From NCBI GenBank assembly GCA_951406725.2, contig OX597835.1, positions 47,802,001 through 47,866,000 on the forward strand: a DNA stretch of 64,000 nt. Reading direction: 5' to 3'. This DNA is from Octopus vulgaris (Eukaryota). The position numbers and the translations under genes were made by a program. Below the pieces are notes generated by a model. The model had not been told where the DNA came from, searched no databases, and was given only the letters and a program-made list of their open reading frames with translations. Positions 28,831 through 43,631 of the stretch are shown here, in pieces. The stretch's first letter is position 1. The number at the start of each line of letters is the position of its first letter.

Positions 28831-28876
28831 CATCTGAGACTAGTTTCAGCGTATTTACCCCTTATCAATGTAGAGC
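28831..28876 (-). ncRNA. Degenerate hammerhead-like motif, U3-A8 core
   Basis: Minus strand: UUGAUAA-gggg taaata cgct-GAAA-ctag-UC with palindromic stem III. Stems I and II are imperfect. Confidence 0.4.
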
Positions 28877-28924
28877 AGCCGAACCGAGCATATATATATA
28901 CATAAATACATTATATGTATACAT

Positions 28925-28961
<37 letters not shown>

Positions 28962-29738
28962 TATTTATTTCGGTCATTAGACTCTGGGCACACTGAATCC
29001 CCGGCTTGAGGTTTTAGGCGAAGCAACTTGACACGAGAGTTCTTATTTTTTAATGCCTAGTACTTTTGGTAAGTCGTGGGGACGTAAACAAACCAGTACT
29101 TGCAAATAATGCTTCAGAAACAGATCACGAACACAGAGACTAACATCGATCAATCCACCCCTCCATCCATCCACCCCTCCATCCATCCACCCCTCCATCC
29201 ACCCCTCCACCCACCCCTCCATCCATCCATCCATCCATACATACATACATACATACATACATGTATATATGAATGCGCACAGAAATAAATACACATGCAA
29301 TCAAACACGTACACACACACACACACACACACGCACTGCACTCAGGCTAACACACAGCCTCATGCAATACATATAAACACCCATATGCACATATACAGAA
29401 ATACTGAAAGGCAAAAATGTGTGTGGGAAGACGTGGAGGAGATCTATTTACTGGCTCGAATTCCGTTCCATTTCTTCCAATTAACAGACAGTCGCTGAAG
29501 AATATTCATCTTTGGTAAGCAAACGTTTCTTGGAGTAGCTAATTCCCTATAATTAGCAAATAGATTCAATTTGGTGCTTGCCGATCAGATCTCTCCTATT
29601 TACGACCGCCGTTTAATGTGCCGCTTTAGCGACCACGAGGGGCACATATAAGTATCTGGCTACCGAATAGCCTTGCTTTATACTTCTATATTTTATTCAT
29701 AAGCATTACTCTTTCTTCCTCGCTTTCTTTTTTTGCCT

Positions 29739-29783
<45 letters not shown>

Positions 29784-30998
29784 TTCTTTATCTCTTTATC
29801 TTTCTTTCTCTCTCTCCCTATTTATCTCTTTCTTTCTATTTCTGAAGCTATATCATCTATCTTTCTTTCTCTCATTTTGTCGTTTCTATATAGCTCCATC
29901 TCTTCCACTTTTTTTTTTTGAGCTGTGTGTTTTTGTCTTTTATTTTCACTTTTGTTATCGTTTTTCTTCCCTACACCCCCACCCCACTCAGTTCAGTTTT
30001 ATTTATTTATTATTTATTTATTATTTTAAAAACATTTCAGTTTAAAATTTCATTCTTCAAGAAAACCTATTTCGTTTCAAATTTTTCCAATCGTATATTT
30101 ATTTACTAAATGTAAAAATGAAAAATAAAAAATTTTCTTTTTTCATTTCCATAACTAAATTCTTCGCTCTCCCTCTCTCCCCATCATTTTCTCCCTCTTT
30201 GGCAGTTATTTAATATTTTATAATAGAATCGCCATTATTTTTAGTAATTCACCAGAGACCAATATATCCATAAACGCAACCATCTCAGGTGTAGCGTAAA
30301 TTATTTCAAGACCTAAACCAGGCCCTAGCAATAAAACGCTAGCCCGCTATCCGTTTGTCATTGGATCAAGCAGAAACGAAAATCAGAAGTTGTGGTGATG
30401 ATAGTGCCAGTGAAGACAGCAGAAGGCAAAGCAATATGGTGGTGGAAGGGGTGGGAAGGGTGGTGTTTCGCGTTGGTAGCACTGAGCGTCAGTGGTGATG
30501 TAGGTGGCGGTGGGTATCTGCTGGCGGTTGCATGCTAGCATAAATCAAGGCATAAAAATTTAGGGGGTTTTCAAATCCATTTCCTAAAGTGATTTTCGGA
30601 TCTCTTGTGGTAATAAACTTCTTTTTCGGTTGAAGAACACAAAAATGTCGTCAATTGCTGATGTTAGCGAGTTGGTGGCTGCTAGTCGTAGTTTTGATCG
30701 ATCGTTTAGAGTTTGTGTTAAATTGATGCAAGCTTTCAAGAACGGGAATGGTTTTCCATGCTTGGTCGATGAAGCGTATTAAACGTTAGGTTTATGTGCT
30801 ATATAATGCCGAACCCACTTTGCAAAACCATCGTGCCATTCCAATATTACAACTGGTCTGTTATCTTATTCCAATGAAATAGGTTTGTTTTAACAAGATT
30901 AATTGAAGAAATACATTTGTTCTCAACCGTTCTGAATGCATGCCAATATGTCTGTTCGTCTCTATCGTTATCGATCTGACTATCTATCCATTCATCTG

Positions 30999-31154
<156 letters not shown>

Positions 31155-31179
31155 CCTACCTACCTACCTACCTACTTAC

Positions 31180-31236
<57 letters not shown>

Positions 31237-31249
31237 CATCCATCCATCC

Positions 31250-31280
<31 letters not shown>

Positions 31281-31423
31281 AGTCTGTCTGTCTATCTATC
31301 AGTGCAATACCCATGTTTGTAGCTACCAGTATATTCATATGAATAAGATAGATCGATAGATAAGATAAATAGGAAGATAAACAGATAAGTAGAGAAGCAG
31401 ATAGACAGATAGATAGATGAACA

Positions 31424-31470
<47 letters not shown>

Positions 31471-31531
31471 AAATACACACGCAGACATATGTATGTATAT
31501 ATGTATATATATGTGTGTGTGTATGCATGTA

Positions 31532-31599
<68 letters not shown>

Positions 31600-31620
31600 A
31601 AGAGAGAGAGAGAGACAGAC

Positions 31621-31684
<64 letters not shown>

Positions 31685-32014
31685 GTAGAATTGATTGACA
31701 AATGATAAATTTTTCGACATTTTCAGCCTCTTTCCCAAATTTTAATCCTCTTAAGCACCATACATTCACATAAATTTAGAAGAATATTTGAAATCATTTT
31801 AATCAAAGTCACGCCATTACACCTACCATTATCACCTCTGATAATACCTAAACTACACTTTTGCTCAGACATTTATATGTATGTATGTGTGTATGTATGT
31901 ATGTATGTATGTATGTATGTATGTATGTATGTATGTATGTATGTATGTATGTATGTATGTATGTATTTATGCAAGTATATGCGTATGTGTGTGTGTGTAT
32001 GTAGGTATGTATGC

Positions 32015-32140
32015 TTAGGCATGGCTGTTTGGTGAAATATTTGCATCTCAACCACTTAGCTCTGGATTCAATCATCTTCTACTGCAATGTCTGGCTGACC
32101 AATACATTGTGAGTGGATGTGAAAAAGACCCGTCGTATAT

Positions 32141-32207
<67 letters not shown>

Positions 32208-32304
32208 CATATATATATGTATATATATATATGATCAGACAAACACATATATGTATGTATATATAATCCCACATACACACACGTACATATATATATACAT
32301 ATAC

Positions 32305-32342
<38 letters not shown>

Positions 32343-32570
32343 TATATACGTGTGTGTGTGTTCGTATTTGCCGTCCAACACCGTTTGATTGAAAGCAAGT
32401 GTTGGCTTGTTTACATCCCCGTAGTATATCGGTTCGGCAAAACTGATCGATGGAATAAGCCCCAGGCTTTAAAAACCGAGTACTGATGTCGATTTGCTCA
32501 AGTAAACTCTTCAAGCCGGTGATCCAGCATGGCTGCAGTCCAATGAGTGAAACGCGAAATAGATAAATAC
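32015..32570 (+). mobile_element. Degenerate SINE family A
   Basis: Head 'ggcatggctgtttggtgaa' and tail 'ccagcatggctgcagtccaatgagtgaaac'. Confidence 0.6.
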
Positions 32571-32809
32571 ATATATATCGCCTGTGGATACCTGTCAGCT
32601 TCTACGATAAATATTCAGTTTTTCTATCATGTGAATTGATTGTTCTTTGAATTAAAATATAGGTGGCTGGCTGAGTATTCCACAGTCAGGCTTACCATGA
32701 ATATAACCCTTTGATATTGTTATTGTGACTAATTCGTAACATAAAGTGTGACGCGGTGTGACAAGCCTAGATCATTAAATTGAGTCTGGTAGAATTTTTT
32801 TGTTTCATC

Positions 32810-33190
32810 TTTTATTTTTGACTTGTTTCAGTCACTAGACGTTGGCCATGCTGGAGCACTGCCGCTAGTAAAACGTCGATTTTGATCGAGCGAATCGACC
32901 CCAGCTACTTATTCTATCCTTCCCGTTTGTTTAGCTGCTAACCTACGTGAATGTAAACACACCAAGACCGGTTATTGAACGGTGAATGGAGACAACCGCA
33001 GACACAAAGACATACAAACATGGATATACATAGAGCGGGCTTCTTTCAATATCCGTCTATTAAATCCACTAACAAGGCTATGGTCACCCCGAGACTATAT
33101 CCTTACCCATGTTTATCCTCATCAGGATTAAAACCAGGACTATGTGGTTGAGAAGCGAACTTCTTACCACACAGCCACGCCTGCGCCAAA
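32810..33190 (-). mobile_element. Degenerate SINE family A
   Basis: Tail 'ggccatgctggagcac' and head 'cttaccacacagccacgcctgcgcc'. Confidence 0.7.
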
Positions 33191-33927
33191 ACATACATAC
33201 ATACATGCATACATACCTACATACATAAATAAATACATACATAATACATACACACATACACACATACATACACACATACATACATACATACATGCATACA
33301 CACACATACATACATACATACATACATGCATACACACATACACACATACACACATACACACATACATACATACATACACACACATACACACATACACACA
33401 CACATACATACATACATAATACATACATACATACACATACACATACATACATACATGCATACACACACATACACACATACACACATACACACACATACAT
33501 ACATACATACATACATACATACACACACATACATACATACACACATACATACACACATACACACATACACACATACATACATACATACACACATACACAC
33601 ATACATACATAAATAAATACATACATGCATACATACATACATACATACACACATACACACATACATACATACATACATACATACACACATACACACATAC
33701 ATACATACATACATACATACACACATACACACATACATACATACACACATACACACATACACACATACATACATAAATAAATACATACATACATACATAC
33801 ATACATACATACATACGAGCAAACAAAAATGCGCTGTTGTTGAAATTCCAATAAAGAAACCTTGGATCTGGGTTAGAGACCGATTCTTTCTCTATTGGCA
33901 AGAAATATTGAAATAAAAATGAAGAAT

Positions 33928-34020
<93 letters not shown>

Positions 34021-34833
34021 TTCGTATAATTATAAAAATACGGAGGCTTGAACAACAAATTTTGGTTTTGATTATACAGTTGGACATCCAGTATATTTCG
34101 TTGGTTAAAATGACTGACAAGTGTTTCTGCTGCGCAGTGTATGTGCAGTTAGACGTGCACCCCTGTTAAAGCTTCTCTGCTCCTTCATTTAGGGTCCTTC
34201 AACATTCGTGGTTTGAAGCAAACTTATTCTATTCATCTTTTGCCGAACCGTTGAGTTACAGAGATGTAAACACACCAACATCGATTGTCGAACGGAGTTG
34301 AAAGAGCGCACTGGATAATACAGCCTTAGGGAAATCAAAAATCGTATAGAAAATGTGTTGGTCACATTTGGAATGTCTCTGATCATAGATCTAGTAGATC
34401 ACGAGCTGACTGGAAAATGGGAGGCTTACATAAATACGAAAACAAAATTAATAAAAAAATAGCACTCATTATACGAAACAAGGATTTGCGTGATTTGCTA
34501 GAAATAGCAACCAAATTTCACTTCAACCTCATCGTACTATTTTTAAATTGCAAGGATACGCTGGATAATGTAGTCTTTGAAAAAACTGTGTTGAAACAAA
34601 ATGGTGCTGCTTTAGGAAAAATACATTTGTTCGTTGTTCATTTGATTATATATCTAACTTGGGACTACAAAACAACAACAACAGCAACAACCACAGCAGT
34701 AACAGCAATAACGAAAATGGCGACAAAAGCAACAAAAGCACTTTTTGTTGTTTCATAATTCATTGAAGGTTTCCAATTTTTCTTTATTTCTGGCAAAGTT
34801 ACAATCGATATTATATATTATAATACATATCTT

Positions 34834-34916
<83 letters not shown>

Positions 34917-35059
34917 AGCACACACAAACAAACAGACATACACATACAAATATTCACATACATAATTTGTTTCAGACATTTGGCTGTGGCCATGCTGGAG
35001 CACCATCTTGCACGGGGGCACCACATATATATATATACATATAACTACATTAAACCTCA

Positions 35060-35392
35060 TCTTTGTGTCTTTATCGGATTAAGGCCCATTGCCTGACACC
35101 TTCGGCAAGTATCTTCTACCATAACCACAGGCCGACGAAAACCTTGTGGGGAGATTTGGTAGATAGAAACTGAAAGAAGCGTGTCGCTTATATATCTTTG
35201 TTTGTTCTGGGCCAACGCTCGACAACTGGTGTTGGTATGTTTATGTCCCCGTAACTTAGCGGTTCGGTGAAAGTAAGCGATATAATAAGTACGAGGCTTT
35301 AAAAAATAAGTACTGGGATCGATCTGCTGGAATAAAATGCTACAAAACTGAATGGCCGCAGTCTAATGACTGCGACAAGTAAACGATAAAAG
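35060..35392 (+). mobile_element. SINE family A
   Basis: 'cttcggcaagtatcttct', 'gaaactgaaagaagc', 'tggccgcagtctaatgactg'. Confidence 0.7.
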
Positions 35393-35401
35393 ATATATGT
35401 C

Positions 35402-35465
<64 letters not shown>

Positions 35466-35765
35466 TGTATGCATACATATATATATATATACATACATAT
35501 ATATGCATATATATATACATATATAGATACATATATATATGTATATATATGCATATAAATAATATATATACATATATATAATATATGTATATACATATAT
35601 AAATAGATATATACAGATATATATGTATATAAATATATGTATATATATATGTACTTATATGCATATATATGTATATATATATTTACATATATATGTGTGT
35701 ATGTATATATCTATATACATATGTCTATATATCATATATATATATATATATATTATATATATTAC

Positions 35766-35817
<52 letters not shown>

Positions 35818-36119
35818 TACATATCAGAATTTAATGACATTGGGAATTATCCCAACGGGGCGTTCTGTATTTAAGTGGTTATAGCTAAGTTCATTACACC
35901 ATATTTAATGTTGTGAACTGAAAGTAATTTTCTCTCAGTTGAAATTGCTCTAACAGTAAATGGAGATTTAGTCATTAGAGTTAACGAATACATGTAAGAA
36001 ATTGATCAGGGGAGAGAATTTATGAAATGTAAGTTGAACAATAATTAAATAGATATATAGAATTAAACTGAATGTTATTTTGATATCCATCATAATGCAT
36101 GGGAAGCCATGGTGGAAAT

Positions 36120-36158
36120 TCCGGACATGTTTCGTTGTTATTAGAATTCATCAGCAAA
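36120..36158 (-). ncRNA. Minimal hammerhead-like motif, canonical core
   Basis: Minus strand: tttg-CUGAUGA-attctaataacaac-GAAA-catg-UC-cgga, with a GUC site and palindromic ACAUGU stem III. Stem II is weak. Confidence 0.5.
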
Positions 36159-36646
36159 GCCAATTCACTAGAGAGTATTTCATCCAGAGGGCTCACTCCG
36201 TTATTGTCTATAACAACCTTATCATTGAATTAACTCAGACAAATACATGCATCTTCAAGTGAGTCTAATTTGTTTTAAAACAGTCTCACACACACGCAAA
36301 ACCACACACCCACACACATAAACACACACGCATACACACGTACCTACATGTATACAAATGCATATGTTCCTAAATATGGATGTATATATATACATGTATA
36401 TATATGATGCTAGTCTTCCGTCGTCCAAGAAAGACGGCTCCGCAACCTGCACAAATGTATGAACTGTACAAGAGATCCGTACTTCCATCGGGTTGCTGGA
36501 CAGTGTACCTCACGTAGAGTGTCCCGGTGATAGCAAAGCAACATAAAGTGAAGTGTTATGCTCAAGCAGAGGCGTGGCGCACAAACACAAATGCAAAGAG
36601 AGACACGCACATACAGATATAAATACGCTCTGTCCACGCACACACG

Positions 36647-36715
<69 letters not shown>

Positions 36716-37018
36716 ACACTCATCCATATACGCTGGCTCCTTATAACAGGCGTAAAAACACCATATCTGCTTAGTGTCTCTCCCAGGCGGATGACCAGAT
36801 GGTTCGGTAACCCCTACTTAGAGAGTCTGAGAGTCCGGTAGGAGGAAGCACTTAACAGATATTGTGTTTTTACACATTCTACCAAAGGCGAGAAGATTTT
36901 CTTTGCGGTAAATGCGGACAATTTGCCTCTAGAAACTTAAAATATGTCGGAAGCATATTTAAACCAACCTAAAATGTGTTTCTATACACCCCCCCCCACA
37001 CACACCCAATCACATATA

Positions 37019-38214
37019 TATCAGGTTGTGTAAAAATTAAGCAACGTTTGGAACCATGAAGAATTCGTACCGGATTTTTGCAGTTTTGAATTTTTTTAAA
37101 CTTGGTATCTTTTTCACCGTTGTTACAATATTCTGAAATGGAACTGTCAAAGCGCAATATTTGAGCAATTTTGCTATTCAACTTCAAAAAAGGACGTTAA
37201 GCAACTGAAACTGCTTGCGATGTCAACGGAAGGTTTGGTGAGGAAATGACCAGTGAGTGGTCAGCTCGAAAATAGTTTGAACGATTTCGCAGTGGAGCCT
37301 TGAAGATCATGAGCGTAGTGGACGCCAATCTGTCATTGATGACGGTCAATTAAAGACTGTCAATGACAAAGATCTACCGAAAACCACTCGAGAATTGGCG
37401 AAAAGAACTTCAAGTTATCCAGAAAATAACCTGCAACCATTCACATGCGGTTTGAATCTCGAAAAATATTGACAAATGGGTACCACACGATTTGAATGAA
37501 AGTCAGAAAATGCGTAGATATGAAATTTGCTCGTCGCTTCTTCTCCATAACCAGAGCGATCCATTTCCCGATGGTATTGTAACTGGCGATGAAAAGTGGA
37601 TTTTATACAATAATAAAAAACGTTCTTCGCAGTGGTTGGACGAAAATGAAGCACCAAAAACCTTACCTGAACCCGAGCTCTTCAAAAAGAAAGTTATGAT
37701 GACTGTTTGGTGGTGAACTGCTAGACTCATCCACTAAAACTCCTTAAAACTCGTAAAAACCATTACTGCAAAAACATATTGCCACGAAATTGCCAAAATA
37801 AACGAAAATCTGCTTCTCTTCCGTCCCAGACTGGTCAAAATCATTCTTCATGACAATGCTCGACCACTCGTTTCACTAATGACGCTCCAGAAGTTGAGGA
37901 AACTTGGTTTCAAAGCTCTTCCCCACCCAGCTTATTCCACAGACCTCTCTCCTACCGATAACCACTTTTTCAAGCACCTAGGTTTTCCTGCGAGATAAGG
38001 AATTCAAAATTCAACCGATGCTGATAGTACGTTCAAAGAGTTCATCAGCTCCAGAACTCCAGATTTTTTTGTTACCAAAATAAGCAAACTCGTTGGTAAC
38101 TATGTGCTGGTTGTAATGGTAATTACTTTGATGGAAAACATTTCCGCATTGTTGAAATATATTGTAATGAATTTCATTTTTCAAAACGTTCCTTACATTT
38201 TACTCAGCCTGATA
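37019..38214 (+). mobile_element. Full-length mariner (DD34D-type) element, transposase pseudogene
   Basis: Imperfect TIRs 'tatcaggttgtgtaaaa' and 'ttttactcagcctgata' in TA context. Motifs WVPHDL, IVTGDEKWILY, HDNARP, HPAYSTDLSPTD; several stops and frameshifts. Confidence 0.92.
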
Positions 38215-38215
38215 T

Positions 38216-38246
<31 letters not shown>

Positions 38247-38911
38247 CCATCATCATCATTTAATGTCCATTGTCCATGCTGCCACGGGATGGTAAACTGG
38301 AAGGCGGCATCAGACTCCAGTCTGATTTGGCATGGTTTTCTATGGCTGGATGCCCTTCCTAATGCCAACCACTCTGAGAGTGTAATGATTGCTTTTACGT
38401 ACCACCTGCATGGGTGCCATTTGCTTACATCAGTATCTGCCACGACCGTGATTTTGCTTGGCTTGATGGGACTTCTCAAGCACGACAGAGGTCTTGGTCA
38501 TTGATTCCGTGTGGTGCAGCACTCGAAAGGAACTCAGCCACTTTGCATTTGTGTGTGTGTGTGTGTACACTGGTGGATATTTGTCAGTTGGTGATGAAGA
38601 TTAATTTGGTTAAGCTACAGATTAACTTGCTACTGGGTTAACGAGTAATTAGACGGGTATACGACTGTCAGGTGTCATCTTTATGTAACAAGTCTGAGAC
38701 AGAATCAGCGGTGTGAGGCGGTGTGTGACAAGGCTAACCTTTTGAATTACAGGTACAAACCACTCGACAGGCTTCTCTGTAGTTTCTGTCTATAAGGGTC
38801 AACTCGAGAGTGTAGAAAATGACATTTGCCCATGATGACCCAGTGGGATCGAAGTCAACCTCGCGAAGCGAACTTTGTAAACATGTCACCAAATTGCACC
38901 AGTTGATTTAT

Positions 38912-38999
<88 letters not shown>

Positions 39000-39278
39000 A
39001 TGAATGTATGTATGTGTGTGTGTGTGTGTATGTATCGTTATCACCAACATCACCTTCATCAACACCATATTTACAATCAAGTCGTAGTTATCTTCGCCGT
39101 CATCTTCATCAACATCATCATCATCATCATCCTAACTGTCGAGCATAATGATAATTATCATTATTATTATTCTGGTCGTCGTCGTCGTCGTCGTCTTCAT
39201 CATCATCATCATCATTTTCCTCAACACCGGCACCAGCACCACCAGTACCAGCACCAGCACCAGCACCACCACCACAAC

Positions 39279-39314
<36 letters not shown>

Positions 39315-39919
39315 CATCCTCATCATCATCATCATCATCACCATCATCATCGTCAGCATCTTCATGTCAGGGTCATCCTCATTCACATCTCCTCAGGCAT
39401 TCAAGACATTTCTCCAGTTCGCAAAAGCGAAGTCTCCAAAGGTTTCCAAAGGACTTCCAAACGCCGATGTTAATAGCATTGGTTGTGGTGGTGGCGGCGA
39501 TGGCAGCGTTACTGCTGGTGTTAATAGCGGTGGCGATGGTGGTGCTGCTGAATGCAATTGCAGAAGGTAAGGGAGTCGGAGAGGGACGAGGGCTATCATG
39601 ATGAAAGAGGTGTGTTTTCCCTTTTCATTCTCCCTCTTGAGACGAATCCCTTGGATGTTTCTAATAGAATCAGATCAGTTGTTACCGCCGTGCTCTGTTA
39701 TGATGGCGGCCTTCGTTCAGTTGGAGAGCACGTCACGTGACTGAGCAGCAGACACGTGATTATCTTCTCTCACCATCGCACACTGATTTATGATATCGCA
39801 TAAGTGCATACGCGTGCATGCGTTTGTGTGTGAGAGCATATACATAATGCATACATATACATACATATATACCATACATACATATATACACATATATATG
39901 TATATATACATTTATATCC

Positions 39920-39967
<48 letters not shown>

Positions 39968-40639
39968 GTACATAGATACACACACATGTATATACATATA
40001 ATCATACATGCATACATACGTATATATGTAAATATATGTATGATGAATGCATACTTACGTGTGTGTGTGCGTATGCGTGTGCGTGTGTGTGCGTGTGTGT
40101 GTGTCTGTGTGTGAATGTGTATGTTTGTGTATGCGTCAGTGTGCATACATATATATGTGTGAGCACGCACCTATTTTGGCATGTGTGTTGATTTGTGTGC
40201 ATTTGTTACATTCGCGTGGACGTGCATCTGGCATAAACGAAAACATGGCTGTATAAGAAATTGACGAGATGCGTGAGTATATATAGATATATATATATAT
40301 ATACACATATATATACATACATATATATATGTATATACATACGTGTATGTGTGTGTGTGCGTGTGTGCAGTGAGAGCGTATGCACTAGTGCGGCTGACCA
40401 TTAAATACCCTCATGTTGTATATGCCACCATATTAAATCGTCCAAATCCACTCTTGTTTCAAATCTCGCTTTGTGATATTTCCATACAACTACAAAATTT
40501 TCTGCTACTAGGCAAAGTCATGGTTGTCACTGCGGCCATTTAGAACAAATATTTTAGACATGTATGTGTGTTTAAGTATATATCAACATCTATTTCCTCT
40601 TCACATGTGTGTCTTTTTATAAGTCCATCATTAATATTA

Positions 40640-40685
<46 letters not shown>

Positions 40686-40781
40686 CGCCATGATACATAT
40701 CGCCAGATCGCCATGTTGATTCGTTAGCTACTGCACGCATTTTTTTCTCTCCTTCTTTCTGTATTTTTCTCTCTCTGTGTA

Positions 40782-40819
40782 TCTTTCTGTTGAAGAGCGT
40801 AGGCTCGAAACGTTAAAGA
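40782..40819 (+). ncRNA. Minimal hammerhead-like motif (CUGUUGA core) in a ~240-bp element between (TA)n tracts
   Basis: tcttt-CUGUUGA-a-gagc gtag gctc-GAAA-cg-UU-aaaga. Confidence 0.55.
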
Positions 40820-40956
40820 CTTGTTTTATTTATATTTCCTGAGCGCCATACTAATACAATTGTTCGTTTGTTTTCCACCTGCCTTCGTCTTTTGTTTATT
40901 TTCATAAAGCTTCCCGTTATATATATACATATATATATATGTATATATATATATAT

Positions 40957-42657
40957 ATCAGGACATTCAGAATGAAATGTCTGATTTTGAAATGAAAGTT
41001 TATTTTACTTTATCTCAACAAAATCAATGCCTTTAATCAAAGTATGCACCTAAATGATCAACAGAATTTTGCCATTTTATTGGTAGCTCATTTATGCCGG
41101 CAGCGAAGAATTCTACTGAGTAAGGGGTGATGAAATCACGAAAGGCTGTTTTGGTATCTTCTTCAGATTTGAAGTGTTTTTCCTTGCAAAAAGTTGTCTA
41201 ATGCATGGAACACGTGATAGTCAGTTGGTGCAAGAACTGGTGAATATGGTCGATGACAGAGTACTTCCATGTTCAGTTCCTGTAACTTGAGTGGCGTTCG
41301 TTGTACAACTTGGTTCAGCATTGTCTTGCAAGAAAATTGGCCTGTCTCTGTTGAACAATCTCGCTGTATTTGACTTACCTGTTCTCATGAAGCTGTAGTG
41401 GATGAGACCAGCGCTGGATCACCATTAGCCTTATGTTTTTGGTGAATATTCTTTTCTGGATTGTGTTTTGGCACTTCGTCGCTATCCAGCCACTGTGCAG
41501 AACGCTTGCTATTGTTGAAAAGAATCCATTTTTCCTCACACTTAACAATACGATGCAAAACTGGTTTGTTTTTATACCATGACAGCAAAGAACAACAAGT
41601 TTCAAGATGAAATGTCATTTGATACTCGTTCAATTCATGTGGTATCCACTTGTCCAGCTATCTACCTTGCCGATTTTTCCAGATGGTCCAATGCAGTTGG
41701 AATCGGAACCTCAAACCTTGCTGTTAATTCATGCGTAGTTTGTCATGTATCCGCTTCCGCTGCAGTTTCCAGTTCATCATTATCCACCTTGATCTCGTGG
41801 CTGTGACGGCGTTGGTTTTAAAGAGTAAAGTCACCAGACCGGATCTTCTCAAACCATCGATATACAGTCATTCGCCATGTCTTCTCCAAACACCTCGTTA
41901 ATGTTTTGATCTGTCTGGGGTGCATTGGTTCCACGACGGATCTCGTATCCATAAGCAACATGAATTTTTGATCTCTCCGTGAGTTCACAAAAACTGATTC
42001 AATGCACAATACAAAACTCACAACATAATCAGACGCTATGAATTGCATTTCGAAAAGTGATGATGTAACTCTTCAATATTGTAAAACAAAGAATTGTCAG
42101 GATAAAATGTTTGATAAAATGTTAGAGCGTAGGCGAGAAAGATATGCCATAATATACATCTGGAAGATCCTAGAAGGGCTTGTCCCAAACTTTGGCATCG
42201 AGAGTTACACAAATGCCAGAACTGGGCACCACTGAATAGTGCCAAGGACTCCAAATATGCCATCAAGATGTAGGACAAGATACTGTGATAGCCTGGGCTT
42301 CCGAGGCCCACAGCTCTTCAATATCCTCCCGAAGAACCTAAGAGACCTGCATGGGGTGGATGCAGATGTCTTTAAAATGAAACTGGATCTCTTCTTGTCA
42401 GGTATCCCAGATGAACCAGCTTCACGGCAGGAGGTGCAGATGAGGGCAGCTGCATCGAACTCTCTCATGCACCAAATGGCAATTGCTAAAAAGCATCCGT
42501 GAAGTAAAATCATGTAGCAATACCAAATGGCGGTGCCCCAGCATGGCCACAGCTTGTGAGCTGAAACTAGATAAATAAATAAATAAAATAAATAAGTTAA
42601 CGACTGTCAAATTTGGTGCAAAAGAAAATTGGACATTTCATTTTTAATGACCTTATA
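40957..42657 (-). mobile_element. Mariner element (pseudogene) interrupted by a LINE fragment
   Basis: Minus-strand motifs WFEKIRSGDFTL, WIPHELNE, IVKCEEKWILFNN, QDNA, HRPYSPVLAPTDYH. Degenerate TIRs 'atcaggacattcagaatgaaatgtc' and 'ggacatttcatttttaatgaccttat'. Confidence 0.85.
42118..42595 (+). mobile_element. CR1/L2-group LINE 3' end nested in the mariner
   Basis: LERRRERYAIIYIWKILEGLVPN...GPQLFNILPKNLR...FKMKLDLFLSGIPDEP, followed by a 3' UTR and (TAAA)n tail. Confidence 0.85.
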
Positions 42658-42859
42658 TATATATACGAGTCTCTTTTGGTGTACGACGTTTCAATTAATA
42701 GAACCTGATCACTGATCTGCATTCAGCTGCCGTCATTATAACACCTTAGTCCACTAAGCGGATAGGCAAAAAGCGACCAATAGAATAAGTGCTAAGCTTA
42801 CATAGAATAAGTGCTCGGGTCGATTTATTCGACTAAAGCTGGTGCCCCAGCATGGCCGC

Positions 42860-43485
42860 AAGTTACAATCCGGTCGTTCTTGTTGCGTAAAAGAAGGATA
42901 GACGAGACTTCAAAACGGTGTTTGTTTTTTTGGTTGGCGTTCAATTCGTGCGGCACCCATTTCTCATGTATTTTTGTTTTTCCAATCCCTTTCAAGGGGT
43001 TGAACATTGTCGTATACATTACGTTTAATTCAGAAGCAAGCTCTTGAAAAGTTGTGCATGGTTTGGCTTCGACTAAAGCTCTTAGTTGATCGTAGTCAAC
43101 ATCCGATGGCCGACCACTACGCTTATCATGTTCAAGACTCTCGTTACCACTACGAAATTTCTTGAACCACCATTCTGCTGTACATTCATTAGTGGTCCCT
43201 GGGCTAAATACATCGTTGATATCGGGAGTTGTTTCAGCAGCTTTTGGGGCTAACTTGAACTGGAATAAGAAAATTGCGGGAATTAGCTTTTTGTCCATGT
43301 TGTATTCTACGTTTCGATAAAAATGGTATATTTATTCAAAAAGAAAAAGAGTAACAAGATGAGATAGAGCAAAGGGCTTTAAAATGATATATAATGTCAA
43401 AGTAATTTAGCGAAAATTGATTTGAAAATACATTATTTGAAAACAAAATTAAAAATTCCGTAAGAACTTTCTTGACAACCTAATA
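42860..43485 (-). mobile_element. Mariner 5' half (HTH domains), truncated at a SINE tail
   Basis: ORF 42825-43298 reads WFKKFRSGNESLEHDKRSGRP..KWVPHEL..RIVTC. TIR 'cttgacaacctaata' at ~43471-43485. Confidence 0.88.
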
Positions 43486-43631
43486 TATATATATATATAT
43501 ATATATTGTATAGAGGGCATTATTACACATAAATGCCTCACACTAGGAGGGACAAAGTCATTACTACCAAAATTATACTAATCATACCCAAATGCAGTTT
43601 TTCAAAGCAAGACATTTAAAAAATGAATTTA

